This document shows, one piece after another, positions 41,983 through 56,257 of a DNA stretch of 64,000 bases. A program made the translations under genes and the position numbers. How positions within the stretch are numbered: position 1 is the first letter of the stretch; each line of letters starts with the position of its first letter. The stretch is from the human T2T-CHM13v2.0 reference genome, Homo sapiens, in NCBI RefSeq assembly GCF_009914755.1, contig NC_060947.1. The stretch is one strand, 5' to 3'. Below the pieces are notes generated by a model. The model was not told where the DNA came from and ran no database searches. It was given only the letters and a program-made list of their open reading frames with translations.

Positions 41983-43156
41983 CTGAGAAACCACAAGAGG
42001 AAGGTCAAAATGTTAGTTGCCTAATATTCAAAGATAATTGCTGGAGTCCTGGAAAAGTGGTAAACAAGAATGGCTACAGAGAACAGGGAGATCTGCTCTC
42101 TATCCAGGTATGAGAAACACCCCCATCACTGGTCGCATGCCCTAGGAAAGCAATTGATCCTTACCAAGAGGCTACTTGATGCCAGGTGCTTTGCTAGCAT
42201 TAATAAATGCTCTCATACAACTCTCAAAGCAACCTTGCAAAGTGGTTATTAACATCCCTGTATCAGAGATGAGGAAGCAGAAGCTTGGAGAGGTTAAATA
42301 TTTCACCTGAGCTCATGTGGCTAGGGATTAGAAGGATGAGATTGCTAGCGCCACTGCTAGCTCACATGGAATCTCTGCATGAATTAGGAAAAAACACCTC
42401 TTCCTTCAGACATATAGTTTGGTGAGCCTTGGCCAAATACCTTCTTATAGGGAAGACCCTTGCCTGCCAGGCCAGCTGCTTCCCTGTCTGGAATGCAAAG
42501 AGAGTTCTCTAAACATAACTCTTAATTATGAACTTGGGCTCTCTGCTGTGCAGATCATGCAGGCTCTGTAATTCCAGCTTAGGCCTGCTAAAGTATGCTT
42601 GTTTTACTACTGGTCTCAGTAAAACACAATTTTGAGATTAACTTTGTTGTCAGAAAACCCAGAGTGGGAGGGACGGAAAGCAGCAGGGAGAGGTAATATT
42701 TGGAAGATTTAACCACCAGTATGGCCTGGGCACCAACCATTTAGAACAGGTATTGGCTGTAAACTGGCATGGCCATACTGGTATGAACCAGATGAAGTTC
42801 AGTCCTGGCAGCAGGTGCTGAGCAGGGAGGGGGAATTTGCAGCCAGGAAAACAACACACAAAAAAACCTATCTTGCTTATTCTTTCTTGATCATCTCTTG
42901 TTACAGAATGAGCCTTCTTTCTGGTTATTTTTCCACAGTCACCTAATTTTTCTACATGTTTTCTGCCTTACCCTATCTATTTATGATGAAGAGATTGGGG
43001 GGAGGTGGGCAGGGAGGAAGCTCCAGTAACCTTCAGTTTAAAGCCAGCACTGGACCCCCTGTACTACAGTCACCATGTCCTGGCCCACACTGGAAGGGAA
43101 GGCACTAAGGAAGAATCCCTCTTTCCCTTTATTTCCCAATTCCCAAGATTACGCAC

Positions 43157-43267
43157 CTCTGGAACAAAGATTGGATTCATCCAGTCAATCTCAGATAGCT
43201 TTTTGAACTCCTTATTCATGGCATCCAGGGCGCTTTGTAGTGCAGTCTCATCCTCAGCACTTCTCAG
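43157..43267 (-). CDS. DGKK: DGK kappa exon (LRSAEDETALQSALD...PIFVPE)
   Basis: cag|CTG...GAG|gtgcgt, 111 nt. Confidence 0.92.
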
Positions 43268-45502
43268 CTGGTACAGACAGGAAAAAGAGTAAGTGTCCAA
43301 TGCCTAGCACTTTTGTAGACTCTTACACTCTCCCCCACTCCCAGTCCCTGCTAGTGACCAAGAGACCACAAGGTGCCAACTTGTATCCCTTTGGCCCATA
43401 GCCAGCTGTTTTCTTTCTCAAAAGGAATATCCAGAAAACAACCAAATGGTGGGGCTCTCCTTGGGGCTGGGCATGCTTACAGTTTTGCAAGCAGAGAGGT
43501 CTTTTGATTAGTATCAATTAACACTGAGCTTCACCCCTACAGCTTAGGGTTGAGGACAAGGGTCCTACTGTGACCTCCAGTCCCTGGAGACATCTCAGTG
43601 TTCCCCTAAGTAAAAGCTACCTAGCTTTGAGCACATACTGTATGCCAAGCACTGTACATACATAATTTTGTCCCATCTTCCCGGTAACCTTACAATACCT
43701 TACAAGGTACTATTGTTTTCATTCCATGGGTGAGAAAACAGACTCCAAGAAGTTTAGTGCTCAAGATCACACAGCTAGACAGAACCCAGGTCTGTTTAAC
43801 TGTATAGCCTGCCCTCTATACAACATTGTCTTATCAAAGACATGTGGGGAGGCCAGATGCTGAGGGAATCTTTATTACATGCTTACTGTAATTTAAAGGT
43901 TGTTTTGTGAAGCAAGGAGAGAGCTAGAGAGAGGCTGGCTCAACTTTCTCCTCCTGGAAAAGAGGGTCTGTCTCCCCAGGCCATGCTTTAGCCCCCAGCT
44001 ATCACTATGACTAATTAAGAAATGAGTTCTAGATGGCTTGTCCCACAGGTTCAGGAAGCAAATTTAAGTGCTCCCTAGTAACCCCCAGCGCCCACAAGAT
44101 GAACTTTGTACAGTCCATGGAAGACTTAAAATGGATTCTTTTGGGACCATCTTCGACTCAGAAGAATCAAGTTCTAGAACATCAACACAGGTGAGATGGT
44201 TCACATTCCAGTAAGTAGTGAGCTGGGAGAACAGATGGGCAAAGATATCTTCAGCCCTCACATGCTTACAGCCCACCTAACCTGGCCTCACCTCTACTCC
44301 CTGGCATGCACTTTACTTTCAATCTAGCACTTATGTGGCTTCTTGCTGTGCACAGGCCACTTGCTGCTCCAGCCATAGGTTGAGCCTTGCTGGCTGTCAC
44401 AAACGGGTGGCATGTGAATGAGAGGAGTACAGGGTAGGAAGTTATGGTCAGTCACTATGGGATACTGAGGGAGGAGCAAGTCAGTGCCGACAAATAATGT
44501 TTTTTGCTTTTCAACTAGTAACTTAAGACAATACAAACTGCCCTAGATGCACGGGACATGTGTGTGCCAAGTAAGGGAAGTGGGAGTTACTGGGAGGGAT
44601 TCACTTCGTCATCAATTTACTTCCCTTTACTAACTCTGAGCTCCTTACTGCCCTACTTCTTCAAGGGGAGGAATAACACCCAAATGAAACAAGCTGTATC
44701 TCCATCTCACCTCTAGGACAGCCTTTCTGGAGATACATGGTCATTCTTAGCTGCTGCCTGCTTCTTGGCCACATTTGGATGTGTGGATGTGTATGTGTGT
44801 TTAAGTCCTCACTGGGCCCTATGAGGTGGGAGACTTCTCAAGTGTGGTATGGGCTCAAGTTGGGTTGTTGGTTGGTGTGAACCAATTTTCAGGTCATGAG
44901 CCTCGGGAAAGTGGCGACAAGAGACCAAACGCACCTATTTCCTGCTGCCCAAATGGGCAAGGCTATTGAGCTCTGCCTATATATAGAAAGTACTTCTGTT
45001 GATGTTGTCTGAGGCTCAAAGACTAGCTTGGGGCTCAGATGTTGGGACAGTCTGACCTGATTGCCTTAGCCACTCTGCCTCCTGTGCAGTGTGCCAATTA
45101 GATGAGCAAATGAAAAGAGGAAATAGATGCACTTCTGCAATATCAACTCTGAAGCCCCTCTTCAAATAAACCTTAATTAGATGAGAGGCAAGCACAGCAC
45201 CTGCCTCAGGGCCTTACCAGCCAACCCTAAAGTGGATGATCATAATTAGTCACCTCATCAGAGCACACTCACCAAGTATGCCTATGGGTTTTGCATTCTG
45301 AGAAACATGCAACTAGCCTTCTAGCCCAAAAATGGAGCCTCAGTCTGTTCTCCCTAGAACTAACAAAATGCACTATGAAGCTGCTAGTATAGGCTAGGCA
45401 CTGATAGGTACTTAATATACAACACCCTGGAGAGGTAGGGATTATAATTCCTATCTTGTAGATATGGAAACTAAGACCCAGAGAGGTGAAGTCACACAGC
45501 TA

Positions 45503-45955
45503 GTGTTATGGGTTGAATTGTGTCCCCCCAGGAATGACACGTTGAAGACCTAATCCCCAGTACATCAGAATGTGACCTTATTCGGAAATAGGGTCATTGC
45601 AGATGCAATTAGTTGTTGAGGTCATATTGGATAGGGTAGGCCCCAATCCAATGTGACTGGTGTCCTTATAAGAAGATGGCCTTGTGAAGACAGAGAAACA
45701 CAGAGAGAACATCATGTGAAGATAGAGGATTGAAGTGATGCATCTACAATCCAAAGAACACCAAAGCTTGCCAGAAAACCACTGGAAGCTAGAAAGAGGC
45801 AAAGAAGGACCCCTTACAGGTTTTAGAGAGAGGATGGCCCTGCTGACACCTTGATTTGGACTTCTAGCTTCCAGAATTGAGAGACAATACATTTCTGTTG
45901 TTTGAGGACACCTAGTTCTTGATACTTTGTTATGGCAGCCTTAGGAAACGAATAT
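45503..45955 (+). mobile_element. MLT1 (B/C-like) MaLR solo LTR inserted in a MIR
   Basis: TGTTATGGGTTGAATTGTGTCCCCC...GTTATGGCAGCCTTAGGAAACGAATA; MIR continues on both sides. Confidence 0.85.
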
Positions 45956-46403
45956 ATTAATAGCTAGTAAGTGGCAGATTTGAGATTTGAACCCAGGAAT
46001 CTCCCAATTTTCCCACTATTCCACACCACCTTCTCATAGGGTGAAAGAGGCATGTAGAAACTTGGGAGGTACAAAGCAGCTCAAAATAGCTCACCTTTTT
46101 CTACTGGAGCTGTATCAAGTACGGTAACACTCTACTTTTTATTGGCCTGGTCTGAACCCACAAGACATTTACCAAAGGAGAGGTTGAGACTTTCTCTCAA
46201 GAGTATGGTAGTCCCTGTGGATTAGCATAACCCATGAAGTCATACAACCAACAACAATCCTAGGTGACACAGTAGGGACTTCCAGGCAAGCACCTGGCCA
46301 AAATGCTCCCACGGGTCTCCAGTGCCCTTGGACCAAGCACAAGACCATGACCATGTTCAGATAGAATACTTTGCCCTCCCAGACTCCAACCCCCTGCACT
46401 CAC

Positions 46404-46490
46404 CAGCTTTTCATCCAGGAAAGCTGTGGTGTCATCGTAGAGACCTTTAAGACTAAATGTAACATCTACGGCATCATTTCTGCTTAGAGT
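46404..46490 (-). CDS. DGKK: DGK kappa exon (TLSRNDAVDVTFSLKGLYDDTTAFLDEKL)
   Basis: cag|ACT...CTG|gtgagt, 87 nt. Confidence 0.92.
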
Positions 46491-47456
46491 CTGAGAGGAA
46501 AAGAACGGAAAAGGAGAGAAAAAGACAAAGACAGGGGAGTTGTTGGTTAGTAAGCATGCAGCTGTCTTCTCCGTGGGAAGGTAGAAGCAGGCTAGTAGGA
46601 TGTGGCTATAGGTGAAAAAGCAATATTCAAAATATAGTACAACTAGCACAGCATGAGCTGTACTATCAGAACGAGTGCCAGCTGACAACTGCTGGTACAG
46701 TAGTTGTGTAGTACTATGTGAAGTGGCAGAGCACGGCTTGGCTTTGGCATCACTGATTGATTGCAGTGGGTATAGGAAAATAGGAAATATGCAAACCAGA
46801 GGGTAAATTTAAGGCTACTTGTTGTCCTAGGCCAAAACCATCATTCCAGGGCAGGTGAAATTAGGGCCTAACATCTCTCTTCTTGCAACTCCAGGCCTTG
46901 AGTTGTAGGCCTCCTCCAACTGTAATCAGGCCCTGACACAATTATATCTTTCGCCTAGCACTAAAGTTACTTTTTAAAAGCATCAGTTAACAATTCTGGC
47001 AGTGGACAAAGCCATGGGGTGACACATTTAACATTAAGTGTCCTGCCTGATATGGACCTTTCCCTCAAGAGGAAAACCGAGGCACCCGGAAGTTCTAGTT
47101 CCAATGACAGGTGTTCCCTTATCAGGTTATACAGAGATCTACTTGTGATAAGGAAGGGCCAAGTACAAGTTTCTCTTCGTTTATTGTCCATTTCTCCCTT
47201 GAAGCTGGTGGGAGGGATGGCTATCAGGGAAGAGGGCTAGCTCTCAGGCTGATGAAATCTGCTGTGATTTTCCCCCAGCAACCACCTTGGACCTGTAACA
47301 AGTCAAGGAATGCCTGCCTTCCCGTCCACTCTCTCCATCAGTTTCCTGCCATATTTGCCCAGTTTCTCCGTCCAGCCTCCGGCTCCACTTCTTTCCCTTT
47401 CATCCTCTTTCCTATCTGGTTTGACTCCTTTCCTTAATTCACTCCTTTCTACTTAC

Positions 47457-47598
47457 TTCAATGGGAATACAGGAAGCTGCACCCATCTCATTGCCACTGT
47501 CTTGGCCGTAAAATATATCATTCAGGATGTTAGCGCTGGCATTCACAGAACCCATGAGGACAGACACATGCTGGTGGATCTTGCTCAGGTCATTAAGT
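47457..47598 (-). CDS. DGKK: DGK kappa exon (LNDLSKIHQHVSVLMG...SCIPIE)
   Basis: cag|A CTT...GAA|gtaagt, 142 nt. Confidence 0.92.
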
Positions 47599-48190
47599 CT
47601 GTAATAAAGCAAGGACAGATAGATGAGTTGGGATTTCTGAAGGACTTCTGGCCTGGGGCACTGGTGAGGGTTTGGGTAAGGGTAGAAGTGAAAGCCCTGG
47701 GTACCTGACTTGGACTCATGACTCCCTCCTGTTATTTCTGCTCTTCTCTAGGTAGCCACCTATGCTAGCAAATGTTTCTACTCTTCTCTAGGTATTTACC
47801 TTTACCCATCCTTGTCTCACCTGAATTTAGATATTGGGAATTTGGGGAGGGTAGAAGGCTAGAACAGAGGAGGGCAGCTGACTCTAGGAACTCCAAGGCC
47901 CTCCTGATATTTAAGGGCAAGGGTAAACAGTCTTAGTTCTATTGGGTTTGGATTAGCAACAAGAGATCCAAATTAATCCCTGGGTCTAATGAGAGATGTC
48001 TAACCTGGCTTATTGCTGAGCACAGAGAATATTTCCTGCCTGGATTGTGAGGGTCCCGCTCAATTTTTAGAGCTCTAAGCTAAATTCCTCTCTGAGGCCA
48101 GGCTCCCTAGTAGCCAATAGACACAAATTGGCTTCTTCTCCCTATGCCTTCTTAGGATTCTCAGCCCTGTATCTAGGCCAGTCCACTTAC

Positions 48191-48351
48191 TTGCTGATGA
48201 GGTTTTCTGCAAGCCGAGCTAAGTGCTGCATCTGGGCATACTCCTCGTCAGAGAGGCTCTCTTGAGAGTCCTGGAAGTCCAGCTGGGGTTGAGGGGCAGC
48301 TTGAATTTCAGTATGCTTGTATTCCCACATTTTCATTGAGTTCTCAAAGTC
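48191..48351 (-). CDS. DGKK: DGK kappa exon (DFENSMKMWEYK...LAENLIS)
   Basis: cag|GAC...AA|gtaagt, 161 nt. Confidence 0.94.
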
Positions 48352-49530
48352 CTGGAGATGAATACAGTGGCATATCCTAATGATTGCTGTAGCTACTAGT
48401 GCACATGACAGATCTGTCTGTGAGCCTGACGTTTGTGGGCAATGGGTATGTGGGTACAGTGGGTAGAGGGGAAGGAGGGCCCCCTGTCCATTCCCCCTGT
48501 CATACCCATCTATATACCTATACAAGTATCCATCATTTTATTCAATCTCTTCTGGACTATGCCCTTTAGTTTTTGTTGTTCTGAGTATGCTGGATTTTGG
48601 GACACCAGGCTTGGATCATACACATGTCTGGTTTCTAGAAGCTCCCATATGAAGGCATCATGACTGACAAGACAGTGGAGCACCTTTCATGCTCCCTTCT
48701 TTGCCAAATGTAGGCAATATGTGGTGATGCAGTTTAGAGCCAAACATATCTAATTTAATTTTGAATCGTGTTTCTGTCATTTACTAGTTGTGTGACCATT
48801 AGCAAATTATTTAACCTCTCTGGTCCTCATTTTCCTCATCTGTAAAATGGGAATAAGTGTATCCACCTCATAAGATTGTGGAGAGAACCTACATGAGAGA
48901 AATGTAAAATGCCTAGCACAGAATAGGCAGTTTATAAACTGGACTTCTCTTCCTTTCTCTATTGCTGTTTCCATGGACTTTTCACAGGTTAGAGTGCAAG
49001 ATAACCTCCAAGCATTGAATATGTGATCAATAATAGCTCCTTTATAAGCTTTAGAAGCTTTAGCTGAAGTGGATGACATGTATTAATGCAGCATTTTAAG
49101 GAACCTTAGAGACACCTAAAGACCATGTTCAATGCAGAATCTGTTGCTGAAGGAGAAGATTTTTCCATAATCATCTGACGCTTTTAGCTCTCTTTGCAGT
49201 GGAAAGAGGAGGATAACCTTGTCGAAAACCAGGGGAGGAAGCTCCTTGTCTCACTCTCTTGGACAGTGTTTGCAAATGTCAGTATATATCAGAGTGTCTT
49301 GAGGAGCCTGTTTGCAAATTTGGGTTCCTGGGAACTATGCAACCCTATGTGGTTCAGTGGGTCTGGTGTGGGGGCCCAAGAATGCATTTATAACCAGCAT
49401 CTCAAGTGACTCTGATGCCAGGGGCACACAGACCTCCTTTTGAGGAATTCTGCTTGAGTGGAAATATTCAGTACTCAAGTGACTATGGATGAGGCAGTAT
49501 AGGAGCCCAAGACAAGATTTTCCCCCTTAC

Positions 49531-49665
49531 CCGATCTCTTGTCAGCATCTGGGCAGCGTTCTTGTATCTAATTTTGATAAGGCCTGGTCTCTGAATCCAG
49601 GCCTCCCCATCCACCTGCACTGGGATACCTTCTTCACCATCAATGGTTATCATCACCTCATGGCA
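49531..49665 (-). CDS. DGKK: DGK kappa exon ([23 protein letters not shown]...TRDR)
   Basis: PVQVDGE motif of the DGK accessory domain; 135 nt, GT-AG. Confidence 0.96.
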
Positions 49666-50010
49666 CTGCCAGAGAAAATGAGGAAGAATGGGAGAGAAAA
49701 ATGGGGCAACTGCTGTAACTCTATCTGATAATCTCATAGTTATGGCCTTGAATGTGTATCTGAAGCAGGACTGGAAAGGATGTGAATCAGATCATCCCAG
49801 GAAGAAATGCCTGTTTCCTATGGGCTTTTTGCTCCATTGGCTTCTGCCACCTCTGCCTCCAACCTCAGTCAGCACTTTACTGCCCACCAGATAACCTGCT
49901 CACTCCACCCTGGCATTCTTCTACCCAGTTAATTCCTGGGACTATCCCACATCCTGGGTAGCAGTCAAAAACCTCAGCCCCTTCCCAGTGCCCACCCAGC
50001 CCCTGCCTAC

Positions 50011-50124
50011 CTGGGCAATGCGATGATGATGCAGGTTGATGATACGGGACATTGCCATCTGCACAGAACCAAAGATTGCCACCACCTCCAGTTTCCCATC
50101 ATCGATTGCAGGAGCCTCATATTC
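50011..50124 (-). CDS. DGKK: DGK kappa exon ([19 protein letters not shown]...HHHRIAQ)
   Basis: DDGKLEVV motif; 114 nt. Confidence 0.96.
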
Positions 50125-50394
50125 CTGAGGAGGAAGAACTGTGTCACATCTCCCACCCTTGAGAAATCACACCCTGTCTATAACAAGAAGGCATGTTTAA
50201 AGGCTCCTGGTGAGAATTTTTCTAGCTCATGAAGAGTGGAAACACTTCATTATTAAAAGGGAAAAAGATGAGGTCAGAAAGCCAATCTGGGAAAAGGGTA
50301 CTGCACTCTTAGCCAGTTCCCTCCTTTTCCAATCCAGCATCATAAATACCTGAGGCCAGTCTTATTGGCCTTATGACCTTCTTGGGTAAACTCA

Positions 50395-50769
<375 letters not shown>

Positions 50770-51059
50770 GCATGGTCTAGATAGCCTTTAAAGGATCTGT
50801 CAGACCCGAGGAATGGAAAATCCAAAGCCCAGGCAACACCTACGAGTTGACCTTATCCTGAGGTCTTTGGTTGAATTTTCTGCTTTCGGATGGTAATTGC
50901 CTGAAAAACTGATCATACAGCTGCTGCTAATAAAGGTTCTCGGACCACCTCCTCTTCTCCCATTGTCTATTTTTCACTTCAGTTAGCACAATGCTTCCTT
51001 CAGAGAGACCTTAGTGGGATCATGCCTTTCTTCCTCCCCATTCCTTGTTCCATACTAAC

Positions 51060-51167
51060 CGTGGTTGCTGTGTTGCTTCCCCAGAAGTTGATACCTCCAG
51101 CATAGCTGGTAATGTTGAGCACTACAATGCCTTGCAGGTTTGGCAAGGAGATGGTTTCTCCATCACA
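51060..51167 (-). CDS. DGKK: DGK kappa exon ([30 protein letters not shown])
   Basis: Conserved DGK accessory motif; 108 nt. Confidence 0.96.
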
Positions 51168-51413
51168 CTGAAAGAAAAGAGTAGCTCTCATTAGCTGGAT
51201 CTTTAGATAGCAACATGAAGGAACATTTACAGAGATGGGGAAAGGGCTCTGTCTTCTCTTCCATTACATGGAAATCTATCTTCATGCCTTCCTCCCATGA
51301 GCTGTGAGGATCACAGAGTTAAAGCTCAGGAAGAATCAGCATGTACGGTATTCCCAAGGCCATGAGATTTCCTTTCTCCATACCCAGGAAAGACTACCCG
51401 CTTTTCCACTAAC

Positions 51414-51510
51414 CTCCAAATGCACTCGTTCTTCCAGTTTCCTGTAAGAGCGCTGCAAAAGTTCTTTGGTTCCCAGAAGGCCATACCACATCTTGTTCTT
51501 AAGGCGGCTA
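51414..51510 (-). CDS. DGKK: DGK kappa exon ([32 protein letters not shown])
   Basis: tag|T AGC...GAG|gttagt, 97 nt. Confidence 0.95.
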
Positions 51511-52359
51511 CTACATGGAGGTAAGCATTAAGAAAGCAGAGGGTGAATGATATATAGATAAATGGTGGAAAAAGACAGGAAGGAAAACCATCTTACTTCT
51601 CAAATGCCTTCTTACAGAGAGGAGTCATGCTAAATGGCAACTGGACAGCGGTTAATGTAACTGATATCCAATGCAAACACTTGAAGAAATGGGTTCCTGG
51701 GCCCCTTTGAAGCCTCAGTATCCTATCAATAAATAAATTTTCCATTTCTGCTTGCTACCAATATTGGTCCAGACTTGGAAGAAACAGGCTATATTCAGAC
51801 ATCAATGCTCATAAAAAGCTATGAGCGTAGCTGGCTGGTACACACCAGCTACCCTAGTTGTGCTACTCCAGGAGATTTCAGCTGCTTGGAATCAATTTCA
51901 TTTGAAACACGTGACTCTTAGAGTGCAATTTTTTTTGAAGCAGCAACTTTTCTGGCAAAGTGAAGTACTTTTCCAAACACCAGATCCATATACTAAATGC
52001 CTAATTCAATGCCATGGAACAGATCTAAGCTTGTAGGGAGATTTTAGAGGAGGAGCCAGTGGAGAAAAATAGGAGACAGGAAAGGATATCAGGTGACTTG
52101 AGGTGGAGGTGGGGAGGACAGCGTCTTGTTGACTGTGGAATCTCTGATAGAAATAGGTGGGGCACTTACGATCACTAGAAAGGCTGGATATAGTTTACTT
52201 GGAGCTTGTAAAGTAGAGCCACAGAAATGAGCCATCATCACATGGAATGAGTTTTGAAATGTCAGAAGGCTAGCACAAAATTATTGAGACACTGTTTAAA
52301 CCATTCATTCTCTGGGCACTTTGGTGTTCTCATCTACAAAAATAGGAGTTTAGGTATAT

Positions 52360-53300
<941 letters not shown>

Positions 53301-53928
53301 TCTCAGCCCAGGCCTGCTTTGAGAAAGAGGTTCTAGTGGTGGTGGCAAGGGTGGGGTGTTGTGGGGTGGGGTGTCACACTTTTTACTTATAGCTTCAATG
53401 TACCACAAGAACTCTGAGACTGACTTAGGCCTTGTCTGAAGTATGAAAGTGCGAGAAGGTGCCATGCAGGCCAACACTGGATAGGGTAAAATTAACGGGT
53501 TCAGGGGAACCAGGTTAGGAACACCAAAAACAAATAGAGGGATGTTTGATACTTTGCAACTTTGTCAAGTGAAAACAGATCTGAAGCCACTACTGAAACC
53601 TGGTTAAACTTTCACAGACAGAACAAAGGTGGGCGATTTGCTAAATTGAGTCAACATAATCTGTTGTCAGTAACAGTAACACAGGTAGCTGTGTTTACAC
53701 AGAAATCCACAGGTCTGGATTTGAAGGCAGCTCAAGTTTAGGATGCCAGTGCAGTCATCCAAAATTTGGCACACACTGTCCCGCTAGACTAGTCTTGGGG
53801 CCAATGCATTTTACTTCCAGTGGGTCCCTTTCTTTCTGTTGCTTGTCTGAGAGGTAGAGAATGTAGGAATACGTATGTGTATTGTGATAGTGTGTTTGCA
53901 TGTAGGGAAGGGAGTTTCTTTTCCTTAC

Positions 53929-54036
53929 TTGTATTGCCCTGGGTGTTCATCTCTTCTGGTGTTGAAGTCCAGAGAAATTTTAGCATCCAGTCCAATTCCG
54001 AAGTAGTTGTTCATGACACATTTTTCTTTGAAGCGT
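53929..54036 (-). CDS. DGKK: DGK kappa exon ([24 protein letters not shown]...)
   Basis: [11 protein letters not shown], the start of the DGK accessory domain; 108 nt. Confidence 0.97.
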
Positions 54037-54588
54037 CTGAAATTATTCAAAGAAGAGGACAGACATTGGTGCAGGAAAGAAGTGCCGCTATCAATTGGGC
54101 ATGAAGATGAATCTGCATGATGGAAAACCAGTGAGGGAAGGCCCCCTCCACACTGGGCACTAACTATAACATTTTTGAGAGGCACATGTAGATATCCTTT
54201 TGTGTGAACAACTAGCTTATTAGCTGTAAGAGGGAGTGCCTCGCCAGTTGGGAAGCTTCAGTGGGATTGGAACTCATAATAAAGAAGCAACATTGATGAT
54301 TTTAGTCATCTTTGGAGGCCTTATGTATGAGTGGCCCATATTTTCTTCATATGTAGTATTAAGGGAAATACTGTTTACTCCTATAAAGAACTTTTGAATA
54401 TCCTAGACACAAACGTGCCATGACAGTTAAGTCTGCACAACTGCTCTCAGTGATGTCCGACATCAAAGGGGAAAATGACCACACATTTGGAAGGAAAGAC
54501 TGATAAAAGAGGGTAGATATGTACATAACAAAAAAGCCAAATTATTTGTCAAGTCTCCTGTGTCCATCTAGGGTGTCAGCATCAAAAC

Positions 54589-54779
54589 CAGTGGTGTGCC
54601 ATAGCCAGTTGGCACCAGCTCATGTAAACTGATTATGCATATCTCTTTCCAACTCCAGATTCAATGGCATTATATCACTAACTTAAATAGGCCATGGTGG
54701 AAGGGTTTACACCATAAATGAATCAGGGCTTTCTCCCCCAAGAGAGGAGGTTGTTAAACACTTTGCCAGTGCACTATTG
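54589..54779 (+). mobile_element. MER63A-like hAT DNA transposon
   Basis: CAGTGGTGTGC...GCACTATTG TIRs; 8-bp TSD ATCAAAAC / ATCAAAAT. Confidence 0.8.
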
Positions 54780-55600
54780 ATCAAAATTCATTAGGTAGAT
54801 CCATGAGAGCTCAGACATAAATTTGAGCCAATGGTGAAGTGTGGGGGCAAGAATGCGGGTTGGAGACAGGAATAAAAATTGTTTTCTTAAATAAATTATT
54901 TAAGAAAACATAAATAATTTCTAGCTGTGTCCTTTTGAGAAATTAAATGGATACAGTTTAGCTGTTTAATCTTAGATTACTTTTTTATTCATTACCATAC
55001 TGACCTTACATCTCTCACATGAGATTTGCCTCCCTCAACCACAGTCCAGAGATTGGAGTTTCTCTAACTAATGTCCAAACTGATCTTCTTAATGGAACTC
55101 AGAATGAGTGAGTGTGGCAGAACTTGGCTGCTGCCGATATTCTAAAGAGGGAGAACTGGTGAGACAGATGTCCTTAGATTTGCTGCCTAGTCCCCTAGTG
55201 ACCATTTTAGTTTTTAGTATCTTCAACCATTTACTGTTAAGGGCAACAGTGAAAAAAAGCAAGTCCTCTGTAATAACAACAACTAACATTTATTAATTAT
55301 TTATAATAATAACAATAATAACTGCAAATGCATATAACACTTAATTATGGGTGCCAAGCACTACTCAGTGCAAGTACTTTTCATATATAAATGTAATAAA
55401 TACAGCAAACCCATGATGCAAGTTCTACAATGGTCTTCATTTTACATATGAGAAAACTGAGGCTCACACTGGTTTAGTCACTTGCGTAGGTGACACAGCT
55501 AGTAAGTAAGAGAAAGGATTTGACTATGGATATCCTAAGATTGTGCTCTTAACAAGAGAAAGAAAGAAGCCATTAAAAGGTGATAGAGTTAAATACTTAC

Positions 55601-55697
55601 ATAGATTCAGGTGTAAAATGTAAGTGATCCAAGTTAAGGTTGTCCAGGTCCTCACTTTTGAGAGAAGATATAGAAGACAAAGTGCCACGACGAGAAC
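55601..55697 (-). CDS. DGKK: DGK kappa exon (SRRGTLSSISSLKSEDLDNLNLDHLHFTPES)
   Basis: tag|GT...AT|gtaagt, 97 nt; phases fit both neighbours. Confidence 0.9.
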
Positions 55698-56152
55698 CTA
55701 GACACAAAAGACATCACTTGGGTGACGGATACAAACAAAAAAGCCCTTTCCCCTCACTTGTATTTCGCCCTATTTTCTCTGTGGAGGCAGGGTCAAGCTC
55801 AGTGACTTTCTCCTAGATAATATTAAGGGTTCTAATTCCAAAGAGGGATCCTCTTGGATGGATAGGGACTTCCACTGAGAGAAGAATAAAGCTGGGCTGC
55901 TTGCTTGCTGGCAGTGAAAACAACTTCAAATCTTGTATTTCATCAGGCCAGCCTCTTCAATGTTCCTAATGGGGTCATTACTCTGGACATTGGCATGGGA
56001 TCTTATAGTGTGAGTTTCTGGGAAAGACGGAGGGGTATCTACTGCAGGATTATGGCTAAAAGAGGATGCATAAAAAATACATATTTATTCTTTGGGAGCT
56101 AAACAACAGTGACGAAGGCTAGAATAAGGGAAGAAGACAGAAAGATCCTTAC

Positions 56153-56257
56153 GGCGTCGTGGGCTTGTCTGGTTAATATCTTCTGGGTCATCTTCCAGGA
56201 AGAAAGTTGAACTAAAGTTCTTAACAGATATTGTCTGTCTGCTTTCCTCATCCAGAG
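56153..56257 (-). CDS. DGKK: DGK kappa exon (LDEESRQTISVKNFSSTFF...SPRR)
   Basis: tag|CT...C|gtaagg, 105 nt. Confidence 0.92.

Noticed and set aside
46967-47295. Possible alternative DGKK exon (acceptor near 47293, internal AATAAA)
   Set aside because: Stop after 16 codons in the DGKK frame and no recognisable homology; unsupported without RNA data.
47735-47794. 20-bp direct repeat TTTCT(G/A)CTCTTCTCTAGGTA at 40-bp spacing
   Set aside because: Only two copies and acceptor-like only on the strand opposite DGKK; most likely a local duplication.
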